Positions 28,029 to 38,100 of a stretch of 64,000 bases of DNA are shown here, piece by piece (positions within the stretch are counted from its first letter, which is position 1; each line of letters begins with the position of its first letter). The DNA is from Nitrospinales bacterium (GTDB lineage: Bacteria > Nitrospinota > Nitrospinia > Nitrospinales > VA-1). A program made the translations under genes and the position numbers. Location of the stretch: positions 672,001 to 736,000 of the forward strand of contig OZ253496.1 in assembly GCA_965262115.1 (NCBI GenBank), read 5' to 3'. Under the pieces are notes generated by a model, which saw only the letters and a program-made list of their open reading frames with translations, did no database searches and was not told the origin of the DNA.

Positions 28029-28427
28029 ATGGCTAAAGGGAAAATTCTAATTGTTGATGACGAGCAGGATGTAAGAGATATTTTCTCAGATCGATTAGAA
28101 AAAGGTGGATACAACCCTATAGTGGCAGAAAACGGGGAAGAAGCTATTGCGCTCCTTCGTTCTGGCGACAATATGATAAATGTCGGACTTATCATGTGTG
28201 ACATTCGCATGCCAAAGGTAAACGGGATTGAATGCATCGCTTTCCTGAAACAAGAGGCGCCGGGAATCCCGGTGGTCGTTGTGACCGGGTATCCGGATCC
28301 AGATATGGCACGTGACCTAATAGCAAGAGGCATCAAGGAATATCTGGTCAAGCCCGTTGATAATGACACCATGATGAAAATGGTTAATAGAATTGTTGCG
28401 GAGGGAAAAGACTTTTCACTTGCTTAA
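28029..28427 (+). CDS. Single-domain response regulator (CheY-like)
   Basis: LIVDDE, CDIRMP (phospho-Asp), VVTG, YLVKP. Confidence 0.92.
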   Translation: MAKGKILIVDDEQDVRDIFSDRLEKGGYNPIVAENGEEAIALLRSGDNMINVGLIMCDIRMPKVNGIECIAFLKQEAPGIPVVVVTGYPDPDMARDLIARGIKEYLVKPVDNDTMMKMVNRIVAEGKDFSLA

Positions 28428-28575
28428 CAAGAATCCATTCACCGAACTCATAGTATTGAAAATCTTTTTCTACCGCTTACTCAGGTTTCACTACGGGTTT
28501 AAAAATGGGAAGAAAATAAAGCGCTACGACCAGAATTAGGTGCAATCAATTTTCCCGGTTCAAATCTAAAACCCT

Positions 28576-28767
28576 TCAAGAGGGATTCCAAGTCTCTTTA
28601 ATAATTTTCCAGCTATTGCCTTCGTTTTCCCAGATCAGTTTCTTCCGTCCTATATCGGAAATCCTGTCTGATTTAAAGTCCTGAACAAAAGACATTTCTA
28701 TGGTCTCATCGTTTTGCTTCATCTCAATGTCGCTGACCTGGATGATGATTCCCGAGTTTCGGCGCAA
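28576..28767 (-). pseudogene. Fragment of an NTF2-like domain as found in L,D-transpeptidase-associated proteins
   Basis: FVQDFKSDRISDIGRKKLIW...WKIIKETW; no credible 5' part. Confidence 0.5.
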
Positions 28768-28819
28768 AATAAAAAGGAAGGTTGTTTGTCAGTTTCCGAT
28801 TGAAGTGATTGACAACCTT

Positions 28820-29305
28820 TTAAAGCATTTTTTTTATGTAGGGCACCAATTTGTCAGCGCCAACGCCCTGAGTTCGGGTATTTAAAACTCCCTTTTGATC
28901 AATAATCAAAACCGTTGGCATATCCCTTTGCGAATAGGACTGATAAACCCCTTTCGCCGGATCGATTAAATAAGGAAACTGTACTTTTTCCGGGAACTTG
29001 CTGAGATAGTTCGCCACCGCTTCCCTGGAGTCGCCATTGGTATTGATCCCCAACACCACCACCTGATCTTCATTAAGCTGGTCTCTAACTTTATTAAATT
29101 CCATAGCTTGGTTCATGCAAGGAACACAAATATGGAACATACCTATTATAACCACCTTGCCTTTAAAATCTGACAATGCCATCTGTTTACCATCCATGGA
29201 TTTCAAGGAAAATTCAGGAGCCTGCTCCCCCGGTGAAGGCGCCCCTGCAAAAGCGGGAACCACCCCTAAAATCATGATAATCAATGAGAGAATTATTTTT
29301 CGCAT
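28820..29305 (-). CDS. Exported TlpA/ResA-like thiol-disulfide oxidoreductase
   Basis: Signal peptide, APEFSL...LSDFKGK, CVPC, cis-Pro loop MPT. Confidence 0.87.
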   Translation of the reverse strand: MRKIILSLIIMILGVVPAFAGAPSPGEQAPEFSLKSMDGKQMALSDFKGKVVIIGMFHICVPCMNQAMEFNKVRDQLNEDQVVVLGINTNGDSREAVANYLSKFPEKVQFPYLIDPAKGVYQSYSQRDMPTVLIIDQKGVLNTRTQGVGADKLVPYIKKML

Positions 29306-29783
29306 GATACACTCCATTTCATGGAATATTTTATTATGAAATCCACTCTTAAGAACGGATAGTTTTGCCTCTTATTCTATTTTAATTCAGGGCAAACTGA
29401 TTTGAAAGACATTTCAAAGAGACCAAAAATAGCAGCAATGTGAAGCCAAAACTCTCCCTTGACTTGGTGCAAATTTTATACTAAAAATCAGGTGTAATCC
29501 TTTAATTCTCTTAGGCTTTACGCTGAGATTCGAGCCTGATTCACAAGATAATGATTTTTGTCTCAAGAGACCTCATCCTTTGGGGTATATCCTTGGGAAT
29601 ATCTTCTTTTTCAATGGGTTAACTTAACAGCAGGCCGTCAAACAATAAATTGAGAGCCCCCATTGAAAGTATAATTATGAACGCTGGTTTTTATTAGACC
29701 TCGCAAATTTCTCAATGAAAAAATCGGAAAGCAACGATCACCTCCTTTTAAAGTTGCTAACTTTTGACACGAGGGTTTTAAGA

Positions 29784-30641
29784 ATGAAAAAAATATTGTT
29801 CCTCCCTAAAGTGTTGTTCGCCCTGGTCACGCTGTTGACCTTCTCCCTTCCAGCTTTTGCCTATCAGGAAATCAATGTTCAAAACGGAGGGACCATCAAG
29901 GGAAATGCTAAAATGATCGGCGGTATGCCTTTTCCCCGCCATTACCATCTGATATTGTTCCCCAATATTGATATGTGCGCGGAAGTGGATACCGATGATG
30001 AAATGAACCGGGTTCTCGATGACTTTAAAATTTCGAAGGATGGTGGGCTTAAAGATGTGGTCATCACCCTGAAACATGTTGAAGCCGGAAAGCCCTTCAA
30101 CAAAGAACCTATTGTGATCACTTCAGAAAACTGTAAATTTTTTCCGGATGTTAATGTCATCCGACAGGGCGAAGCTTTCAAGATAGACAATCTCGATGCG
30201 GTCATGCACAACAGCCAGGTCTACCAAAAGGAGAGAGGGAAAATCCTCTTAAACATCCCCATCCCCGCCGAAGAAGTTTCTGATGGAAAAGTCCAATTTA
30301 AAAAACATTACAAGATCATGCAAATGATTTGTGGAATGCACGAGTTCATGCAGACCTGGGGTTATCGGGTGCAAAATCCTTATTACTTCCAAACCGATAT
30401 TGATGGAAGCTTCAATATCGGAGATATTCCACCAGGAGAATATGAGGTCACTGCCTGGCACTATTTGATGAAAGTGCAAAAAAGGAAAATCAAAATCGCC
30501 GCAGGCGAAACAATCGACCTGAATTTTGAGTTTGACGGCGACAAGGTTACTCGGCCTTTCTACGAAACCATCAAATCTGGAAGAATCAAAAAAGATGCGG
30601 TTTATCCGGGAACCGCAAAAGGAAAAGAGCTGGGGCGCTAG
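29784..30641 (+). CDS. Exported cupredoxin-like/carboxypeptidase-regulatory-like domain protein
   Basis: Signal peptide, NGGTIKG, NLDAVMHN...CGMHEFM, NPYY...IPPGEYEVTAWH. Confidence 0.8.
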   Translation: MKKILFLPKVLFALVTLLTFSLPAFAYQEINVQNGGTIKGNAKMIGGMPFPRHYHLILFPNIDMCAEVDTDDEMNRVLDDFKISKDGGLKDVVITLKHVEAGKPFNKEPIVITSENCKFFPDVNVIRQGEAFKIDNLDAVMHNSQVYQKERGKILLNIPIPAEEVSDGKVQFKKHYKIMQMICGMHEFMQTWGYRVQNPYYFQTDIDGSFNIGDIPPGEYEVTAWHYLMKVQKRKIKIAAGETIDLNFEFDGDKVTRPFYETIKSGRIKKDAVYPGTAKGKELGR

Positions 30642-30642
30642 C

Positions 30643-32547
30643 TTGAAGCCATTCATAAAAGCCGGTATTTTCCATGAGCATGGAGTCATTCCCCTGCTCC
30701 TTTTCTGTTTTCTCGCGACATCTGCCCCCGCGTGGGGGTTCACCCCCCCTCCATCTGAAGATGTCCCTAAAATCTTTATCTTTAAAGATAAACCGATCGC
30801 TCTAAAAAGCCTGAGCAATCCTTTCAAAAAGGATCCAAAAGTTATCAAGGAAGGGGGAACCTTATACACCAAACATTGCTTTTTCTGCCACGGTGACTTA
30901 CTGGACGGCAACGGATTGTTCGGAAAAAGTTTTTTTCCGCCTCCGGCAGATTTTACCCGCCTCGACTCAATCCTCGCCCGGCCACAGGCCTATACCTTCT
31001 GGCGCATTATGAAAGGAGGCCAAGGTCTACCGGAAAAATACGATCCCTGGAACTCGGCCATGCCCGCCTGGGAAGACACCTTGAGTGTAAAAGACGTTTG
31101 GAAAATCATCACCTATATCTATGGAGTTGCTGGACAACGACACGCCAAGCCCGGCAAACAGGAGCCGCCTTCTCTGGAGAGAGGAAAACAGGTTTATCTG
31201 GAAAAATGCGCCTATTGCCACGGAGACAAGGGCAAGGGTGATGGCCCTGCAGCCGATTACTCCATGCCGCAACCGAGAAACCTGACTAAAGGCCATATAA
31301 AAATCCGTTCTACATCATTTGGCAAAATTCCAACCGATGAAGACTTGCTAAACGTCATCAACAACGGCTTGCGCGCAACCACCATGCCCGGATGGAAATA
31401 CCTGCCCGAAAATGATCGCAAGAGTCTGCTTATATTCATAAAGTCTTTATCCAAAAAATTTGAAAAGTTTAAGAAGAGAGGCAAAAGCCATAAAGTGATA
31501 AAGGTCGGCAAAGAACCCGCCCTGTCCGCGGAAAGTATAAAACGAGGCGAACCCCTGTTCCTGACTCAGTGTTCCGGGTGTCACGGCATAAAGGGGCGAG
31601 GAGACGGCGTGACCACACAACGCATTGTGGATTATTCATCGAGCGCCATCTGGCCGAGAAACCTGAGCCAGCCCTGGACCTTTCGCCGGGGCAGTACCCG
31701 CAGGGATATCTTCAAGACCCTGCGTACAGGACTCTCCACAACCGCCATGCCCAAGTTCTCACCAAGAGTATTCAAAGATGAACAGATTTGGGATATCGTC
31801 AACTACGTCAGCACCCTGGCTCCGCCCACTCAGCCCAAAATGCAAAGTCCCATTCGCGCTAAAAAAGTGGAAGGAGAAATTTCGGACGACCCCAACTCCC
31901 CTGTCTGGCAAGACGCGCAAGCCAGCTTTGTTCCTTTAGGGGGCCAACTTCAGGCAAAACCCAAATCTTATTTCCCGACAGTGCGCTACCTGATAATACG
32001 TGCGGTCCATAACAAAAAAGAAATTGCCCTTTATATCCATTGGGATGACCCCTCTCTCGACCCGGCGCTAAAAAAATTGACCCCCGTCAAAGAATCACCC
32101 GTGCCGCCACTGCCAGAAAGCATGAAAGGCCACAAGGAACCAGAAGAACCCCTGGAACCAACTATCCCCGACTACCCGGATGCTATTGCGGTGCAGTTCC
32201 CTATCAATCTGGATACCCACAAACCCTACTTCCTCAATGGCGATGCCGATCACCCTGTCAACCTTTGGAAATGGACATCTTCCACTAATAAAGCGACAAA
32301 GATACACGCCAGCGGAATAGAAAACTGGTTTGAGGAGGAAAAGTCTTCGGTCAAAGTTAAAGGGAGTTTCAGCTATGGCAGGTATTCAGTAATTTTAAAA
32401 CGCGCCTTCAAAGAAGATGACGATGACATCCAGTTCCAAACCGGCAGACCCATCCCCATCGCCTTCAATGTCTGGGACGGATACGCCGAAGAATCCGGCA
32501 ATAAAAAATCCATCTCCTCCTGGTTCACCCTCTGGCTCGACGAGTAA
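30643..32547 (+). CDS. Exported tri-haem cytochrome c with a C-terminal ethylbenzene-dehydrogenase-gamma-like (haem b) domain
   Basis: TTG start after the upstream stop, signal peptide, CFFCH, CAYCH, CSGCH each followed by MPxW/F; WDD, DAIAVQFP, VNLWKW, IAFNVWDG...K. Confidence 0.85.
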   Translation: MKPFIKAGIFHEHGVIPLLLFCFLATSAPAWGFTPPPSEDVPKIFIFKDKPIALKSLSNPFKKDPKVIKEGGTLYTKHCFFCHGDLLDGNGLFGKSFFPPPADFTRLDSILARPQAYTFWRIMKGGQGLPEKYDPWNSAMPAWEDTLSVKDVWKIITYIYGVAGQRHAKPGKQEPPSLERGKQVYLEKCAYCHGDKGKGDGPAADYSMPQPRNLTKGHIKIRSTSFGKIPTDEDLLNVINNGLRATTMPGWKYLPENDRKSLLIFIKSLSKKFEKFKKRGKSHKVIKVGKEPALSAESIKRGEPLFLTQCSGCHGIKGRGDGVTTQRIVDYSSSAIWPRNLSQPWTFRRGSTRRDIFKTLRTGLSTTAMPKFSPRVFKDEQIWDIVNYVSTLAPPTQPKMQSPIRAKKVEGEISDDPNSPVWQDAQASFVPLGGQLQAKPKSYFPTVRYLIIRAVHNKKEIALYIHWDDPSLDPALKKLTPVKESPVPPLPESMKGHKEPEEPLEPTIPDYPDAIAVQFPINLDTHKPYFLNGDADHPVNLWKWTSSTNKATKIHASGIENWFEEEKSSVKVKGSFSYGRYSVILKRAFKEDDDDIQFQTGRPIPIAFNVWDGYAEESGNKKSISSWFTLWLDE

Positions 32548-32623
32548 CCCCGTAGCCGGGGAGGCCGATAGCAATAGCCCGTTGAGCAGCCATAACTCTT
32601 TGCTCGCCAGCGAGAGTCATTGC
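32548..32623 (+). repeat. Diverged relative of the argS-downstream repeat
   Basis: TAGCCGGGGAGGCCGATAGCAATAGC resembles rc 16247-16276; GAGAGTCATTGC resembles GAGAGTCGTTGC of the tandem unit. Confidence 0.5.
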
Positions 32624-32726
32624 AAATGGGCCCACTCCTCGTGACGGGAGAGTTTGATATAATCCCCTATTGCGATAATCCAATAAAATTGTAACCAAGC
32701 AGTAACTTTCCCCCTGACAGGTGAAA

Positions 32727-33653
32727 ATGACAGGAAAAATAAAAAGAGTTGGTTTGCGGGAGGTTTGGAAACATGAGGCGAAAGATTTTGCAATTTGGCT
32801 TGAGGAAAACTGACATTCTTAACGATGTGATAGACCTTGAACTAACTAGCGCTGAACGTGAAAAATCCGTTGGAACATTTAACGTTGATTTGGTTGCTGA
32901 AGACAAATCCGGAAAACTTATAATAATTGAAAATCAATTAGAAAAAAGCAATCACGACCACCTAGGAAAAGTAATCACTTATCTCACCAACTTAGAAGCG
33001 ATAGCCGCTATTTGGATTGTTAAAGAGCCTCGACCCGAACATATTAGAGCTATTTCTTGGTTAAATGAAAGCAGTACAGCTGCATTTTATTTAATCAAAT
33101 TAGAAGCCATAAAAATATGGGCATCTGACTCAGCACCGCTTCTTACGTTGATTGTAGGCCCCAGCGAAGAGGGCAAGCAAATTGGAACGACCAAAAATGG
33201 TTTGGCAGAGAGACATGTTTTAAGGAAAAGGTTTTGGAAACAGTTGTTGGATTGCGCTAAAAATTATTCAAAATTACATTCAAATATTTCACCGAGCTTG
33301 TCAAATTGGGTTGCGGCAGGCTCAGGTAAAAGCGGGATAATTTATAGTTATGTTATTAACAACAATGATGCATCGGTGGAACTATATATTGATCGCGGAA
33401 AAGATAATGAAAAAAAAATGAGAAAATTTTTGACACTTCGGCTAAAAAGTCTAAGGACATCGAAAGTTCCTTTGGTCGTCCTTTAGACTGGCAACGTCTT
33501 GAGGGAAGACAGGCTTGCCGAATCAAGTTTAGTATTACTGGAGGAGGTATTGGGAATGAGGACAAATGTCCTGAAATACAAAAAGCCATGGTAGATTCCA
33601 TGACCCGGTTAGAAAAAGCCCTTCGACCTCATGTTAAAGGTTTAAAAATATGA
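32727..33653 (+). pseudogene. DUF4268-domain protein (nuclease-like N-terminus), two frameshifts
   Basis: MTGKIKRVGLREVWKHEAKDF..., frameshift near 32810, VD...IIIENQLEKSNHDHLGK, frameshift in the A9 tract near 33410, IESSFG..LDWQRL...ACRI. Confidence 0.85.
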
Positions 33654-33781
33654 GCTAATGTAAATCACCCCGACCCATCGAACAAAACGTATTCCTATTG
33701 TTCGAGTTTAAAAAAGAGGGCGCAATCGAGGGCCTCAACACGACATCAGGTTAAACCCACTTGTGATCAATCACACCTGCA

Positions 33782-33879
33782 CGTCGTCGCGAGCCGCGAA
33801 GCGGCGCGGCGATCCAGACTTCATAACAAACCCCTATGGATTTACCACTTCTGGATTGCTTCGCTCTGCTCGCAAAGAC
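33782..33879. repeat. Inverted pair of CGTC-type REP-like palindromes
   Basis: CGTCGTCGCGAGC...GCGATCCAG (33782-817) and CTGGATTGCTTCG...CTCGCAAAGAC (33851-879). Confidence 0.75.
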
Positions 33880-33976
33880 AACTTGGGCCAACCCTCCCTC
33901 AAGCCGAGACAATCTATTGTTTGCTAGATAAAGTTATTGCAATTTGAGTCCAGCGCCACGCTGGTGCGCCGAGCAC

Positions 33977-34014
33977 AAAAAAAAACAGCACCGGAACCGA
34001 AGTTCCGACGCTGT
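33977..34014 (-). terminator. Rho-independent terminator
   Basis: ACAGC..CGGAAC-CGAA-GTTCCG..GCTGT hairpin with a long U tail on the minus strand. Confidence 0.75.
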
Positions 34015-34135
34015 AATTTTTAAGGGTGTCTCTAATAATTCACTGTTTTATGTTTTGGCAATTCGTGCGCCCTTTCTTTCAAAGGTCGCACTCATGGCCT
34101 CGAACAATCTATAGAAATTCCCTTTTAAACTTTTC

Positions 34136-34954
34136 TTACTTCTTGGCGGTCAGCGTAAAATCAGCTTTAGCTGCACCATCTGCTACGGTAACTTCCATAG
34201 TAGACTCGCCAACATAAGGTTGCCATGCCGTCACTTTGTATGTACCGGCAGGAATTCCCTCAATCTTGAAAGTCCCGTCAGCACCCGTAACCGCGTAATA
34301 AGGGTTCCACACGATTCGTGCATCGGCTTCCATGAAGTTGTGCTGGTCGCACTGCAGGAAGAAATGTTTATCCTTTTTCTGCTTGAAGCGAGCCAGGTTC
34401 TTGGTCACGTCCGCAACATCACCCTTACTTGGCAGAGGCTTGTTGAACAGAGTTTTGCGGCTTGCACCCACAATGGAATATCCATGCGGGTTGTGCAAAA
34501 TTTCCTCATCCCGATTCGTGATTGTCACCAGGCCACCTGTTTTTTTCTCTGCTTTGGTAGCCTTGCGAACAGCACCCATTTTCTGGACAATATCGCATTT
34601 TTCGAAATCGAAAGCCATTTTGCCCCCATCACCCCAAGGCTTTCCGGCTTTAATATTTTCGATAAATACCACCGCGTCTTTCAATTTACCGCCCACAGCT
34701 GAAACTTTGATACGGGGCCGAATTCCACCCTCTTTGGTATCAGGATGTGTGACACAGAACTCAACGTTTTTACCTTTGTTCAAGTCTTCCATGATCGGGG
34801 CCGGGGCATCCCCCTTTAGCATTACCGTGCCTGTGATGGAGCCTGCGCCTGCTGCACCCTCTGCATACTTAGGCTTCTTTGCCGCAAAACCGGTGGACGC
34901 TCCCAATACCAATGACAGGGAAGCCACCATTACACCTAAAACAATCTTCTTCAT
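34136..34954 (-). CDS. Exported cupredoxin-like/carboxypeptidase-regulatory-like domain protein
   Basis: GGAGG RBS, signal peptide, NRDEEILHN...CDQHNFM, NPYYAVTGADG...IPAGTYKVTAW. Confidence 0.82.
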   Translation of the reverse strand: MKKIVLGVMVASLSLVLGASTGFAAKKPKYAEGAAGAGSITGTVMLKGDAPAPIMEDLNKGKNVEFCVTHPDTKEGGIRPRIKVSAVGGKLKDAVVFIENIKAGKPWGDGGKMAFDFEKCDIVQKMGAVRKATKAEKKTGGLVTITNRDEEILHNPHGYSIVGASRKTLFNKPLPSKGDVADVTKNLARFKQKKDKHFFLQCDQHNFMEADARIVWNPYYAVTGADGTFKIEGIPAGTYKVTAWQPYVGESTMEVTVADGAAKADFTLTAKK

Positions 34955-35093
34955 TTCTTTCGTCCCTCCTTCAATTAGGAAATCAAAAAATATACACCGC
35001 ACACAATGATACATGTCTCTCTAAAAATCCACGAAACCACCAGCTTTTGAGAATGCCGGAATTGTAGCATAAAGAATCCGCTGTTATAATGTT

Positions 35094-35123
35094 AAAAAGG
35101 GGCCCCATCAAGAGGCCCCCTTT
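35094..35123 (-). terminator. Rho-independent terminator after the giant oxidase
   Basis: AAAAAGGGGCC-loop-GGCCCCCTTT. Confidence 0.65.
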
Positions 35124-35157
35124 CACTTTTCTTAAAATAACTACCAAAAACCGGCAA

Positions 35158-38100
35158 TTATCTCATTGACAGCTTATCATCCCCAGCTTTGGAAGCGGAT
35201 TTCTCCCCTTCTTCCGGCTGAGATGCGGTTTTCACACCCTTCACTGTCGCTTTACCCAGCGGCAGGATGGAACGATCACCCACAGGCAATACCTTGAAAT
35301 AACCCCATTGGCCTGCCTGTTGGTATGGCGTTCGAGCATTCAACCACAGGTAGGTGCCGGGGTTATTGTAGGTTCCACCGGCCTTGGTGTAGGCCTGAAT
35401 GTACTCGCCCGCACCAAACTGCTCGGCATCAATCATGTCAGAACCATTCTGATCCATATGGCGCCGCCACTGGTGGCCATCCATATTGAACACCTGGTTC
35501 TGCTCATTATGAGCCCCAAAAATGTTGATCATTATCTGATCCCCAGCATGGGCTTTCAGAGTCGGTGTTGCTGGATCAGAATCCGCCGCAACACAAGCCG
35601 TGAACATATTACCCAGTTCACAACCCTCGTCTTCACGATAGAGCCATGGTTCCAAGCGGTAGTTCACACCCGTCAACCCTGCTACGTTCTGCAGGTAAGG
35701 CATGAAAGATGTACCGATGATGTTGTCTTCATCCTGGAAGTACAACGCAAAGTCTCGGTAGTTATCGATTTTCGCGTTTTCAGGGTAGGACTTATCAATG
35801 ATGACATCCGCTTTCCAGGAATTACCGAGAGAGATGTCTTTCCCGGTCTCCGGATCACGGTACACCGAACCACGCGGCCCGATGATGATACCGCCATATA
35901 AACCATCGCGAATATTTGTCAGCAGGTTACCGAAATCCCATAACAACGAACCATTGATTTTGAACTCAGGGTGCGCGTAGAACGTATAGGTTTTCGATTT
36001 ACCCGGAGCCACCGTCTGGTCGCCCGGATTGTTCCCGACGTTGATGCCCTGAGAATCCTTGGGATCGAACGCGATGTTATTAGCATGAATCGATGCGTTG
36101 CCTTTTTTCAGGCGGTTGGTCAGCTTGATCTTGACACAATCACCGATATTGACACGCAGGGTCAACGGATGCGGCATGTGGCCATCGTCAGCAGCCTGTT
36201 TGACTTCGCCTTCCAGAGCGTAAATTTTCGCACTGGCATTAGCAAGAAGCAGTTTGCGTTCAAAGTCCACTTCGATCTCATCTTCAGCGCTGGGATGAAA
36301 CTTCAACGCTTTGTCAATCGCGACAACACTGAAGTTTTTAACCGGAGCGCCTTTCGGGCACACAGTCTTCTTAACTTTTTTCTTAAAGTCTGTGTTGCCA
36401 GGGAGGATTTTCAGATCTTTCTGAACTTCATCATGCACACGGATAATTCCCCAACTCCCTTCAGACAACTTGGAGGTTCGTCCGTTGTAGTACAGATAAT
36501 CACCCGCCATTTGCTGAAAACCACCCGCTTTGGTGGGCAGGTCATAACGCTCAGCAATGCCAATATGAATGGTGTTTGTCACGCGGGAGTCCCGGTCATA
36601 ACGCTCCGGCCGGTAACCATGACCTGACACGACAAAGGTATGGGTCTCATTCTGCATACCCGCCAAAAGCCTGAAGACAATATTGTCTCCTACATAAGCT
36701 CTCAACATGGGTGTAGAAGGATCACCATGCACCTTACTGCTGAACAGTTTGGAAGCGTCTTTGTTGCTTGCAATTCTTGCGGCCAAAGAAGCAGCCCTGA
36801 AATTGAAAGCACCCCCTGTTGTATGGGTTCCACCATTCAACAAGGGAAAGGCAACTTCCAGCATGTCAGTAGGCATCTGGAAGGAAATCGATTGTCCCGC
36901 GGCGATCGCGTTTTCACGTGACAGCCCCGGCGGATTTCCTGCAGTCACCAACTGAGCAGTATGAGGAACGGTGTCACTCACCTGGGCCACCAATTCACGG
37001 AAACTTCCTTGAGTGTTGTAGCCAACAATTTCAGTACTATGAATATCAGCTACCGGTCCACTGCGAATCAGCTTGCCAGTTGTGGGATCATGGTACGTAG
37101 ACCCCCAAGGCTCAGCAATGGTAGACCCGATTCCGCCGTGCGGCCAAGTGGTCGCGCCGAACGCATGATCATGCCAGAACACCAGACCCATATCAACATC
37201 CACCCACCAGCGATAACGCACATATTCAGTCGTGACGATATGACCTGCTGCATGCGCATGCGTCATTCCCTCAGAGAACTTGATGGTGTATTTGCCATCT
37301 TTTGCTGGGCCTTTATTCGGATCAGGCGTGATGTTTGTGATCCAGCGTGCGTCCTTGCCATTGGGAACTTCGATACCAACAATGATATCAGCTCCAACAT
37401 GGTAGGTGGGCGAACCCTTTGCCATCTGAACCTGGATCGTGCTGTCACCCGGTTTCGTCGCCTTCAACAACTTGGCGTTCATCGGAACCGGCATGCCAAC
37501 ATGATGTCCGTCTTTCATCTTCTTGGTAAACTGCTTGTAAGACCTCATCGACTGGTCATAAGAGAATCCAGTGATTACGCCATCTGAGGCCTGGTTGTCG
37601 AACTGGAAGAAATGTGGATGGATGTTAACTTTAGACATCTGGAAATTAGTAAAGTCATCATCATCCCATTCACTTGAAAGCAGGACATCCACGCAGTCAT
37701 AAACATTTGCGCGAATGACCAATGGAATGGCTTTTTTAGGATCTGCTTTTTTCTCAGCCATTTCTTCATCAATCACATAGATCAAACCGTATTTATCAAT
37801 GACCGGCGGGGTTTTCCCAATCTGTCCGGCAAGCTCGATCGGAGTGTTGATGAAGTGCAGGTTGTACTGTTTGCGTCCAGCACCTCGGGGACAAAGGCTC
37901 CATCGGCCCTGTTCACCCGGTTTGGCACCACCCGTATTCTCCATATCGGGACCACTTCGCGCACTCCCGGATTCCGTCTTAGTAATAACCTCCGGATCGG
38001 TCTGCATATGGAATGGCTCCAGCCAGGGAGCGCCACCATGGTTTCGCGCAAAAGGAACACGCTTACCAAAATGCGGTGTCAGATGAGGCCACGCCAGTTT

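Noticed and set aside
22139..28800. Prophage or integrative element
   Set aside because: No integrase, structural genes, tRNA target or att repeats visible.
29388..29450. c-di-GMP-I riboswitch (AGGGCAAAC...GAAA)
   Set aside because: Lacks the GACGCAAAGC junction and a convincing second stem.
30526..30642. Overlapping 5' extension of the cytochrome ORF (likewise the udg, parA, TPR and permease extensions)
   Set aside because: Better starts exist downstream with an RBS or signal peptide and no long overlap.
33762..33776. CRP/FNR site (TGTGA-TCAA-TCACA)
   Set aside because: Spacer is 4 rather than 6 nt, and the site lies between convergent gene ends.
34332..35009. Long antisense ORFs (also 40619-41503, 58517-59299 and many within 35.3-39.8 kb)
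   Set aside because: Opposite strand of clear genes, no motifs or RBS; expected from codon bias.
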